A stretch of DNA of 11,172 nucleotides from Campylobacterales bacterium (GTDB taxonomy: Bacteria > Campylobacterota > Campylobacteria > Campylobacterales > Sulfurimonadaceae): positions 1-11,172 of the forward strand of contig JBBRBK010000065.1 of NCBI GenBank assembly GCA_038205935.1, given 5' to 3'. The position numbers and the translations under genes were made by a program. The notes beneath the pieces were generated by a model that worked only from the letters and a program-made list of their open reading frames with translations, had not been told where the DNA came from and did not search any database. Positions 1 through 7,105 of the stretch are shown here, piece by piece (within the stretch, counting starts at the first letter, position 1; each line of letters starts with the position of its first letter).

Positions 1-165
1 TCTGCCACCTGGTGCTTTTGGTTCTACATGTAAGGCTTCTTCGATAGGTTGTCTAAACATCTCCCAGTCTATTACAGAGTTGAGCTTTGCCAGAGGTGGT
101 TGATGTTTGTTTATCAAGTCTAACTGATACTCATAGTCAAATAATCCTCTGCTCTTTTTGCTCAT
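1..165 (-). CDS. IS5-family transposase, N-terminal 55 aa (runs off window edge)
   Basis: Not in ORF track. Manual translation from ATG at 165 gives MSKKSRGLFDYEYQLDLINKHQPPLAKLNSVIDWEMFRQPIEEALHVEPKAPGGR. The GLFD...PLxKLNxVIDWExFR...GGR pattern is typical of IS5-family transposase N-termini. AGGAG Shine-Dalgarno upstream. Confidence 0.9.
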   Translation of the reverse strand, partial: MSKKSRGLFDYEYQLDLINKHQPPLAKLNSVIDWEMFRQPIEEALHVEPKAPGGR

Positions 166-254
166 TGCTATCTCCTAACTATCTGTGACATTTGTATCTT
201 TATTTTATCGAATTTGGGCTTTTATTAAAATATAGGTGGTTTTTAGAGGTGCCC
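1..254 (-). mobile_element. IS5-family insertion sequence, left end (partial)
   Basis: Transposase start plus a probable terminal inverted repeat GGGCACCTCTAAAAACC (minus strand, 254-238), which resembles IS5-family termini. Sequence character changes to A-tract-rich DNA after 254. The partner IR is outside the window. Confidence 0.75.
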
Positions 255-400
255 GGTAGAAATAAGAACAAAAACAAGCAAGTCTACAATAAATGCACAA
301 AAAAGCAAAATAAGCCCAAAAGTCAACATTAAAAGTCCACAATCCTAAAATAACCAAAAATGTCTATTTTTAAACCTTAAGCGAAAAAGACAAAATCTAC

Positions 401-424
401 GCAAAAGGGGAAGAATCCTTTTGC
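401..424. other. Perfect 8-bp inverted repeat (hairpin or operator)
   Basis: GCAAAAGG-GGAAGAAT-CCTTTTGC. Confidence 0.5.
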
Positions 425-501
425 AAATCAGCACCCTAAAAACAACCAACTTTCAAGCTCATTTTTCTATGTAAAACACTACAAAAAACAACCCTAAAAG
501 C

Positions 502-689
502 ATTGCTATTTTTAGCAATAATTAGCATTAATTAGCAAATATGTGCTAAGTATTGCTAATATTAGCAGAGAAAAAGACACGGTAATTTGTGACAAATATA
601 GCTAAAAATAGCAAAAGCTGTCAAAAATTAGCAAAAGTTGTCAAAAAATAGCACTATAAAAATGACACTAAAAAACAACTTTTTTGCTA
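502..689. repeat. Helically phased pentamer array (TAGCA/TGCTA/TGTCA/TGACA); centromere- or iteron-like
   Basis: Boxes start at 504, 513, 523, 533, 544, 554, 563, then 590, 599, 609, 619, 629, 639, 649, 663 and 685. Includes palindromes ATTGCTA-TTTT-TAGCAAT (502-519) and TGCTAATATTAGCA (554-567), and a 20-bp tandem unit TAGCAAAAGYTGTCAAAAAW (609-648). Confidence 0.8.
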
Positions 690-846
690 TCTATTTTCAA
701 AGCTTCACAAAAAGAGCAACAAAAAAACAGTTCAGTTTTACAATATCTGCAAAAAAAAACAATCAAAAAATCCGCTCGCTTAATTGGATAACTATAATAA
801 AAAGTGATTTTTCAGCCTCCAGTTTTTTTCATTACACCCATTTTTA

Positions 847-3075
847 TTAACTAAATAACACTATATTAGCAAAATTATGTGTTGAAATATCAATTGTAGA
901 GTTAAAAATATACCCCATCTTTTTATACCCTTTCAGTCGTTTTGTGAAACTACTTTTAAGCAGTGGTACTTGATTGTCGATAAAGTCTATCGCTAAACAC
1001 TCTTGTCCCTGACGACCAATTCGTCCTAGATATTGCACCATTCGTTCATCGTATGAAATTGGCATAGTAAAGATGATTGTATCCAGATGTCCAATATCAA
1101 TGCCCTCTCCAATATAACTACTTGTAGAGAGAATAATAGATGAATCAATAGTTTTTGCAAATTGTTCACGTTTCATTTTAGTTCCCATCGCTCCATAAAG
1201 AAGAAGGGCATCAATATTTTCAGTTTTAAGTTGATGCCATAAATAGTTCAGGTGTTCAATACGTTCACTGAGCACTAAAATGTTTTTATGTTTTAGATTT
1301 TTTATCTCACCGATGATCAGTTGATTACGATCATGATCTTCACTCAGTTCATTAAGGATCATAGAAAAATGATTTAGTAAAGTTTCGTATTGAGTTGAAA
1401 CTGTTTTAAGTTGATGGCGTTGGGATATGGATTTTTTTATTTCATGCACAATTTCACCACATTGAAGACGCATAATTGCTTCCATCCCATCTTTACGTTT
1501 TGGGGTGGCACTAAGACCGACTACATATTTTCCTTTGAAACGTTTTAGCGGTATTTCAAATGAGACTGCTGGAATATGGTGTGCTTCATCGATAATGATT
1601 TGTGAATATTCCTCTATAAGTTCAGGACGGTTTTTAAGTGACTGAAGTGTTGCAATATCCAATGAACCATTCAAAGATTTTTTCCCTTTTCCTAAAATAC
1701 CAATCTCTTTTGCTTGAATAGAAAAATAGCTCATAAGACGTTCTTTCCATTGATCAATAAGTGCAGTTTTATTGACAAGAATCAGTGTTTTCACACTTCG
1801 TGCCGCGATCATTGCAGATGCTACCGCTGTTTTACCAAATCCAGGTGGAGCAATTAGAAGTGCATAATCGTATTTCATCAGCGAATTAAATACATCAACT
1901 TGCTCTGCTCTTAAGTCTAATAGTAGTGGTGGAATTGATGTTTTATCAAGAATACGTTTATCTTGAAACTCTATTTTTATCTTATGTTTCTCTGCTAATC
2001 GGCGCAATGGTTCTAAAAGCCCTCTTGGTAGAATTATATAGCGTTCATTAAGGTCATAGGTTGAAACTATACGTGGAGTATTGTAAGTTGAGAGTCGTTG
2101 TTTTTGGCGCATATAAAATTCAGGATTGTAGAAGGATGCCATTCGTTTTAGCAAATTCAAAAATGATTTACTCATTCCTTCAAACTCAATGTAAAGTGCA
2201 TCATATATAACGACCTTAAGACGTTTTGGAGAGACGAGTTTTACTTTTTCGATCTCCCATGGCATCAAGGTTTCATCCACTCCCATTGATTGGGCATAGG
2301 TTCCAATAAGAGAACTAAGTTTTGATGGTGTGATTTTATTTACACTGCTCAAATAAAGCCATTGATCGCTATAAGGTTGAAGAGTTTTGATATCTACAAA
2401 TACTGTTTTACCTTCGTTGCGTGATCCATAATGCAGAGGTAAAGCAATAAGATTACCCAATCCATCATAAGGAACATAATCCTGATTTGGAAAAAGTCTA
2501 TCAAAACTTTTCATATCAATCCCATCACTATAGTCCATAGCTTTTGTAATGATCAAATCACCTAAAATACGTACATCTCGCGCTAGAACGTTTTGAGAAA
2601 AGAAAAACCAGATGTGCATTCCATTACCAGATTTAGATATCTCAAAAGATGGGGATAATCCCATATCTGTACATACTTTATAAATTGCACGCGCATCGTT
2701 TAAAAAGCTCGATTTATCAAGATCTATAGCTAGAAAAGAACATAGAGTTTGTTCTTTTACTGCGTATGTGCCAATACGAACTTTTCCTTCTAGGTGGGAT
2801 TGAATGACGGCGTCAGTGAGTGGAAGATAATCACTCCCCTGAAAGGTTGCAGTTTTTGGAAAATATCCTTTTTTTAAACCATCACTACTAATCCAATGTT
2901 GTGCATAAACATCCGCTCGTCCAACAAACAGAATGCGAAAAAGAGCAATTTTTTTTTCTTTGGTAAAAGAAGAATATTTTTCTAGTTCCTGTTTTACATG
3001 TAAGATTTGTATTTCAATAGCTCGTTTTTTGGATTCAAGATCAGTAAGATGGTGAAGAAGTTGTTGCTGTGTCAT
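847..3075 (-). CDS. AEP primase domain (TOTE-conflict-system-like) fused to SF2 DEAH helicase (ResIII-like), 742 aa
   Basis: N-terminal AEP motifs FLAIDLD, SKSGNGMHIWFFF and DRLFPNQD...GNLIALPL. Helicase motifs APPGFGKT (Walker A), IIIDEAHH (Walker B), GLSATP (III), GEGID (V) and QYLGRIGR (VI). Confidence 0.9.
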   Translation of the reverse strand: MTQQQLLHHLTDLESKKRAIEIQILHVKQELEKYSSFTKEKKIALFRILFVGRADVYAQHWISSDGLKKGYFPKTATFQGSDYLPLTDAVIQSHLEGKVRIGTYAVKEQTLCSFLAIDLDKSSFLNDARAIYKVCTDMGLSPSFEISKSGNGMHIWFFFSQNVLARDVRILGDLIITKAMDYSDGIDMKSFDRLFPNQDYVPYDGLGNLIALPLHYGSRNEGKTVFVDIKTLQPYSDQWLYLSSVNKITPSKLSSLIGTYAQSMGVDETLMPWEIEKVKLVSPKRLKVVIYDALYIEFEGMSKSFLNLLKRMASFYNPEFYMRQKQRLSTYNTPRIVSTYDLNERYIILPRGLLEPLRRLAEKHKIKIEFQDKRILDKTSIPPLLLDLRAEQVDVFNSLMKYDYALLIAPPGFGKTAVASAMIAARSVKTLILVNKTALIDQWKERLMSYFSIQAKEIGILGKGKKSLNGSLDIATLQSLKNRPELIEEYSQIIIDEAHHIPAVSFEIPLKRFKGKYVVGLSATPKRKDGMEAIMRLQCGEIVHEIKKSISQRHQLKTVSTQYETLLNHFSMILNELSEDHDRNQLIIGEIKNLKHKNILVLSERIEHLNYLWHQLKTENIDALLLYGAMGTKMKREQFAKTIDSSIILSTSSYIGEGIDIGHLDTIIFTMPISYDERMVQYLGRIGRQGQECLAIDFIDNQVPLLKSSFTKRLKGYKKMGYIFNSTIDISTHNFANIVLFS

Positions 3076-3131
3076 TAGAAGTGAGTTAGAAGATTACAGG
3101 AGATCATCCCCGCGCTTATCTGTATATTCAT
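3075..3131 (-). CDS. Putative 18-aa leader ORF coupled to the AEP-helicase start
   Basis: MNIQISAGMISCNLLTHF*. Its TAA overlaps the helicase ATG (TAATG), and the helicase has no purine-rich SD of its own. Confidence 0.3.
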   Translation of the reverse strand: MNIQISAGMISCNLLTHF

Positions 3132-3175
3132 AATGGCTACTTTTAAATTTATTTTGGAATATTTTACCTACTAGT

Positions 3176-3199
3176 ATATTATATATTAATATATAATAT
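3176..3199. promoter_or_regulatory. 24-bp perfect AT-only palindrome upstream of the AEP-helicase gene
   Basis: ATATTATATATTAATATATAATAT; contains TATAAT on both strands. Confidence 0.45.
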
Positions 3200-3219
3200 T
3201 ATTTACTGATTAGCATTTA

Positions 3220-3519
3220 TTAGATTTCAAGTTTTATTCTTCCTACTGCGTAATTATGTACAAGTGCACTAATGATATTTTGATATGATATACCAGTTTC
3301 ACTAGCTTTACGTTTTACAACGTCAATATCACCTTTCCCCAGTTTAATAGTTATCTGTTTTTTATCTGCTTTTTGTATCTCTGCACTTTTAAAAGCTTCT
3401 TTAGTTTCAGAGAAATTAGCTTTTGACACTTTATCCCACTCACCGGCGTTAAAACTTCTCATCATCTCTTCTTCATCAGTATCAAGAGCTGTAATAGTTA
3501 AATTCTTAGATTTTTGCAT
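3220..3519 (-). CDS. CopG/RHH-type (BrnA-like) antitoxin, 99 aa
   Basis: Acidic N-terminus (DEEEMMRSFNAGEW) and C-terminal ribbon-helix-helix KQITIKL...KASETGISYQNIISALVHNY. Directly downstream of a BrnT-like toxin gene, with AAGGAG SD. Confidence 0.85.
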   Translation of the reverse strand: MQKSKNLTITALDTDEEEMMRSFNAGEWDKVSKANFSETKEAFKSAEIQKADKKQITIKLGKGDIDVVKRKASETGISYQNIISALVHNYAVGRIKLEI

Positions 3520-3522
3520 CTT

Positions 3523-3797
3523 TTACTCCTTATGTTTTTTTGTAGCTTTTCTACTTGGAAAAACTGTTTTTAAAAATATTTCGTTTTCGTTTTCAACAAA
3601 GGCAACTATCCAAATATAGTCATCGATTAAAACTTCTGCTAATTTCTGATTTGGATATTTCTCTTTATTGGGATGAGTATATATATATCCAAAATATTAT
3701 CATCCATCTTCATCATATAAGCAACAGTTTCAAATGAGATATTTCTCTCTTTTTGTAAAATGAAATTCTTATCTTCGTTCCATGCGATCTTCTTCAA
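3523..3797 (-). pseudogene. BrnT-like type II toxin, frameshifted by +2 nt in an (AT)n tract
   Basis: TTG start at 3797 with AAGGA SD: MKKIAWNEDKNFILQKERNISFETV... As written it stops at TAG 3641-3639 (52 aa). Removing one AT from 3678-3688 restores a 90-aa frame ending ...HPNKEKYPNQK...YIWIVAFVENENEIFLKTVFPSRKATKKHKE*. The span is 275 nt = 273 + 2. Confidence 0.85.
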
Positions 3798-3976
3798 TTT
3801 TAGTCCTTGTTTGCTTTTATAATTATGACATTATTATTTAAACAAAAATCATTAATAAATATATAAAAAAATCTCACAACTCATAAAAAGTATAAATAAT
3901 AAGAATTTAAATTGAGAATAGTTTTTGAGAAAGATAAAAGGCAGAAAATAGGATAATGGCATTTTGTCGCATTGTC

Positions 3977-4004
3977 CTTCTCAAAAACGGTGGTTTGTGA
4001 GAAG
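3977..4004. repeat. 28-bp imperfect palindrome, possible recombinase core or regulator site
   Basis: CTTCTCAAAAA-CGGTGG-TTTGTGAGAAG, one mismatch between arms. Related half-sites at 3871-3880, 3912-3918, 3921-3931, 4137-4147 and 4216-4227. Confidence 0.55.
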
Positions 4005-4108
4005 AAATATTGATTTGAATTTCATTAGCTAAAAATTTGCAATTCGTTAAATTTTCATTAAATCAAAATTAGAGATAAGCGTGTTAGAAAGATAAAATTA
4101 AGCTATTT

Positions 4109-4309
4109 CTAAGAAAACTGTGGGGCTTTTACTCGCTTTGTTGAGAAAGAGCGAATAACGCTTGTGATATATGCAATAAGGTATTCAGAAGATTTATTTT
4201 CTGAATCTTTAAGAAGTTTTTTGAGAAAACCACGCTCTCTATCATTTGTAAGAAATTCTAAAATTTTTAACTTATCTCCAATAGATTAGTGAACGATTTT
4301 AAAAGTCAT
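4109..4309 (-). pseudogene. Degraded ORF overlapping the end of the upstream small gene
   Basis: ATG at 4309 overlaps the upstream gene end. Translation MTFKIVH*SIGDKLKILEFLTNDRERGFLKKLLKDSENKSS... has an in-frame TAA at codon 8, then stays open to TAG at 4111-4109. Confidence 0.45.
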
Positions 4310-4463
4310 ACACTACTTTTGTATTCTTGATGATATTTTTTGCACGCTCTAAAAACTTCTCACCCTTTGGGTTTTCTTCAACAGAAGCAATAAATGCTTT
4401 AGGGAGCTTATTTGGTAGATTAACACGAACAATATGCCCGTTTTGAGTCATTTTATATGCCAT
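4299..4463 (-). CDS. Small hypothetical protein, 54 aa (possible antitoxin-like partner)
   Basis: Not in ORF track. MAYKMTQNGHIVRVNLPNKLPKAFIASVEENPKGEKFLERAKNIIKNTKVVYDF*. Strong SD AAAAAGGAG and an extended -10 TGTTACAAT (4495-4487) upstream. Confidence 0.7.
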   Translation of the reverse strand: MAYKMTQNGHIVRVNLPNKLPKAFIASVEENPKGEKFLERAKNIIKNTKVVYDF

Positions 4464-4540
4464 CATCTCTCCTTTTTATTTGAAGTATTGTAACATATTA
4501 GGCAATAAGCTAAGATGAATCTAATAGATCCAAATATTTT

Positions 4541-4573
4541 ATTATAGGAGTTAATTTAGACAGCTTTATGTCT
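4541..4573 (-). promoter_or_regulatory. GACA-N6-TGTC site plus -10 box (copy 1)
   Basis: Minus strand AGACATAAAGCTGTC-N12-TATAAT. The 15-mer (4559-4573) is identical to 10278-10292. Confidence 0.65.
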
Positions 4574-4594
4574 GATTTGTTCTTTTATAAAACG

Positions 4595-5512
4595 TTACTT
4601 TTTAAAACTCTCAATACTCTCATGAATCACTTTAGCACTTGGTACGACTTTATAAGATTTATCAAGATGGACATCCTGATCATCAAAAAATATATCTGCT
4701 CCGAATGCTTCGAGTATCTCATATTTATCGCTTCCGCCTAAGAAGAAAGACTCATCGATTCTGACACCCCAGACATTGAGTGTTTTTATGACTCTCTCAT
4801 GGCTTGGAGCACTTCTGGCAGTCATGAGTCCTGTTCTTATCGGCGACGTTGTATCTTTGAATTTGGCTTGGATATTTGAGATGGTAAGAAGAAATTTTGC
4901 AAAAGGTCCTTGAGCCATAGGATTATCACGATTGAGTTTTTCATGTTCTATAAACGCTTCAAGTCCGTGCTCTTTGTAAATAAGCTCTGACTCTTCGCTA
5001 AATAAAACGGCATCACCATCAAATGCGATGCGTACCTGATCTCCTTTTGAGTTATGCACCTCTTTATGTGTCGGAAGAATTTTTGCAGCAGCTACTCCGT
5101 TTTTGATGGCATTGATGACATCATTATCATCGGCACTTAAAAAGAGATCTACTTTAAAAGCTTTGAGATAGTTGCTGATGGAGTTCCCACTTGTCCAGCC
5201 TGAGCGGACAATATCTAAGTCATAATCATTGATGGCATTGGTTATACGAAGACTTGTAGCAGCATTGTTTTTAGAGAGAATGATGACTTCTACTTGTTTG
5301 TTCTCTTTATCAAAGGAGTTGTTGATCTTTAGGAGATTTTCTATGAGTCTAAAACCTGTTCCTTTTTCAAGAGGCTTGCTTTCAATTTCAAGTTGATGCT
5401 GATAGTAAGCATCAAGCCCCTGCTCTTCAAACACACTGTTTTCAGCTTCAAGATCAAAAAGTGCTCTTGATGAAATTGCAATTACAAGTTTATCTGTGAG
5501 GTTGTATCCCAT
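4595..5512 (-). CDS. 5'-nucleotidase, cN-I-like HAD family, 305 aa
   Basis: Motifs VIAISSRALFDL, RIAFDGDAVLFS (DxD nucleophile), TARSAPSHERVIKTL and FFDDQ. The SD AAGGAG overlaps the hipA stop codon. Confidence 0.92.
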   Translation of the reverse strand: MGYNLTDKLVIAISSRALFDLEAENSVFEEQGLDAYYQHQLEIESKPLEKGTGFRLIENLLKINNSFDKENKQVEVIILSKNNAATSLRITNAINDYDLDIVRSGWTSGNSISNYLKAFKVDLFLSADDNDVINAIKNGVAAAKILPTHKEVHNSKGDQVRIAFDGDAVLFSEESELIYKEHGLEAFIEHEKLNRDNPMAQGPFAKFLLTISNIQAKFKDTTSPIRTGLMTARSAPSHERVIKTLNVWGVRIDESFFLGGSDKYEILEAFGADIFFDDQDVHLDKSYKVVPSAKVIHESIESFKK

Positions 5513-5522
5513 AATAATCTCC

Positions 5523-6734
5523 TTAGATTTGTAGATTTGAAAAAATATCTTGTGTTAGATTTTTACTCAGTCCCGCGTCTTTGGCATAAGTTTTAAAATT
5601 TTTCACGATATTTTTGATTTCATCAATGATTTTTTCTCCATCTTTGATGCTATGTTTGAGTGCCAGCTGCTTTAAATGTTCTACTGTAGGTTTTCCGCCT
5701 TCGCCTAGATAGGTTGTACTATGTTCTCCTCCTGGTCCATAGGAAAAAGTTAAATCATATGCAGGAGATAATTTCCATCTGTTTTTTTCATCAAGCATAA
5801 AAGAAAAGTTTTTTGCATGATCATCACGATTATGTGTGAAAAGATTAAAACATGCTAAACGAAACATTTTCAACTGTTCATTTACATCTTTGGTTAAATG
5901 TAAAGTGAGTGACAAAAGATCATCATAGTCTAAAGATGGAAGCCTAAAATCACTATGTACAAGCCCTGCGACTGAGTGGATATGAACTCTCTTATCTTTA
6001 TTTCTATCAAATCTTTTTATTGCAAAATAACTATTGCGTTCTCCCTGAAGGAGTTTTGTAGGTGGCATATCAATCTTTGCATCATGCGCCATCAATGAAT
6101 AAATATACTCTAATTTTCCGATCTCTTGATGATCACTAGCTGATGGAAACTTTACTATAAAATGCTCATATCCATCATGAAGTTTTTGAGAGCCGTGGAT
6201 AATCTCATTAGCTTCGTTGACTTGAACCATAATTTTAGGTCTAGCTCCCGCACTTGAGCCTCCAATAGCCAGAAGTGTTTCTAAAAACTCTGCACTTGTA
6301 CCTTTTAATATTTCAAGAGATGAACTTGCCATTTCATCTAGCATAAGAGCGTTTTTTTCAATATGAAAGGACTCTAAAACAGGTTCATAACTAAGCGCTC
6401 CAATCCCATAAGCACCTATATAACTGAGCCTATCTAAAGAAGTAATCTCGTGAAATTTAATCCCTTTACTCATAAGATGACGATCAAGAAGCAACCTGCC
6501 CCAGCCATCTGGTAGACTATCTGAGAAAACGCCAAATAGTCCATCAAAGATTCTGTCATCACAAATGTGGACACCTTTTTTTAAAGGCAGTTTATATGGT
6601 GATATCTCAATGCCACTATGTAAAAACTCGCTATCATATTCAAAATAGATAGTTCTTTCTTTTAAGGCAATTCTTCCAACAAAAAGTTTTTGATCGTTTC
6701 TATGCAAATATACATTGACAGTTTTTATACTCAT
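5523..6734 (-). CDS. hipA: HipA-family Ser/Thr kinase toxin, 403 aa
   Basis: N-terminal couple domain (FEYD...ISP...LPDGWG), P-loop GSSAGARPK, IVKFP, KRFDR, catalytic NRDDHAKNFSF and LSPAYDL. Confidence 0.93.
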   Translation of the reverse strand: MSIKTVNVYLHRNDQKLFVGRIALKERTIYFEYDSEFLHSGIEISPYKLPLKKGVHICDDRIFDGLFGVFSDSLPDGWGRLLLDRHLMSKGIKFHEITSLDRLSYIGAYGIGALSYEPVLESFHIEKNALMLDEMASSSLEILKGTSAEFLETLLAIGGSSAGARPKIMVQVNEANEIIHGSQKLHDGYEHFIVKFPSASDHQEIGKLEYIYSLMAHDAKIDMPPTKLLQGERNSYFAIKRFDRNKDKRVHIHSVAGLVHSDFRLPSLDYDDLLSLTLHLTKDVNEQLKMFRLACFNLFTHNRDDHAKNFSFMLDEKNRWKLSPAYDLTFSYGPGGEHSTTYLGEGGKPTVEHLKQLALKHSIKDGEKIIDEIKNIVKNFKTYAKDAGLSKNLTQDIFSNLQI

Positions 6735-7042
6735 TTGATACTGCCTCGTTTTTTATCAGTTTTGCTTTGAGTCATAAGATCATCTATGGAGTTTATGATC
6801 TCTACTTTTGGATTGGCAATCTCTTTAAAATCATCTAAACACTCCAACACAAGAGAGAGTTTTAATAGAGATTCAAGTGCTATTTGCCCACTTGATTCAA
6901 AACGCTTGAGGCTGCCAAAAGAAACACCGCTTTTACTAGCCAAGCCCTCTTGTGTGAGATCAAGAGCTAGTCTTTTTTGCTTGTATTTATGTTTGAGTTC
7001 CTCTTGCATCATCGATGGTGTTAGTAAATTTATATTTAACAT
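6731..7042 (-). CDS. hipB: XRE-family HTH protein, HipB-like antitoxin, 103 aa
   Basis: LTQEGLASKSGVSFGSLKRFESSGQI HTH_3 pattern; 4-nt ATGA overlap with hipA. Confidence 0.85.
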   Translation of the reverse strand: MLNINLLTPSMMQEELKHKYKQKRLALDLTQEGLASKSGVSFGSLKRFESSGQIALESLLKLSLVLECLDDFKEIANPKVEIINSIDDLMTQSKTDKKRGSIK

Positions 7043-7069
7043 TTTAGCTCTTAATTATTTAATTTACAT

Positions 7070-7101
7070 ATTATAGCTAATATATGGACTATTATTATCT
7101 A
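7070..7101 (-). promoter_or_regulatory. Probable hipBA promoter with overlapping imperfect inverted repeat
   Basis: TATAAT on the minus strand (7075-7070), overlapped by TAGCTAATA-N10-TATTATCTA (7074-7101). Confidence 0.4.
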
Positions 7102-7105
7102 AATT

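Noticed and set aside
502..689. CRISPR array interpretation of the repeats
   Set aside because: Units are 5-20 bp with no unique 25-45-bp spacers, and there are no cas genes in the window.
638..850. 70-aa plus-strand ORF from the track
   Set aside because: TTG start inside the repeat array, no SD, and low-complexity K/N/F composition produced by A-tracts.
3555..3737. 60-aa plus-strand ORF from the track
   Set aside because: Antisense shadow of the frameshifted BrnT-like toxin gene.
3966..4004. Tn7/Tn5053-like end starting TGTCGC
   Set aside because: No regular series of ~20-bp transposase-binding repeats follows and there are no tns/tni genes; only the palindrome is supportable.
6786..7076. 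96-aa plus-strand ORF
   Set aside because: Antisense to the hipB-like gene, with no recognisable motif.
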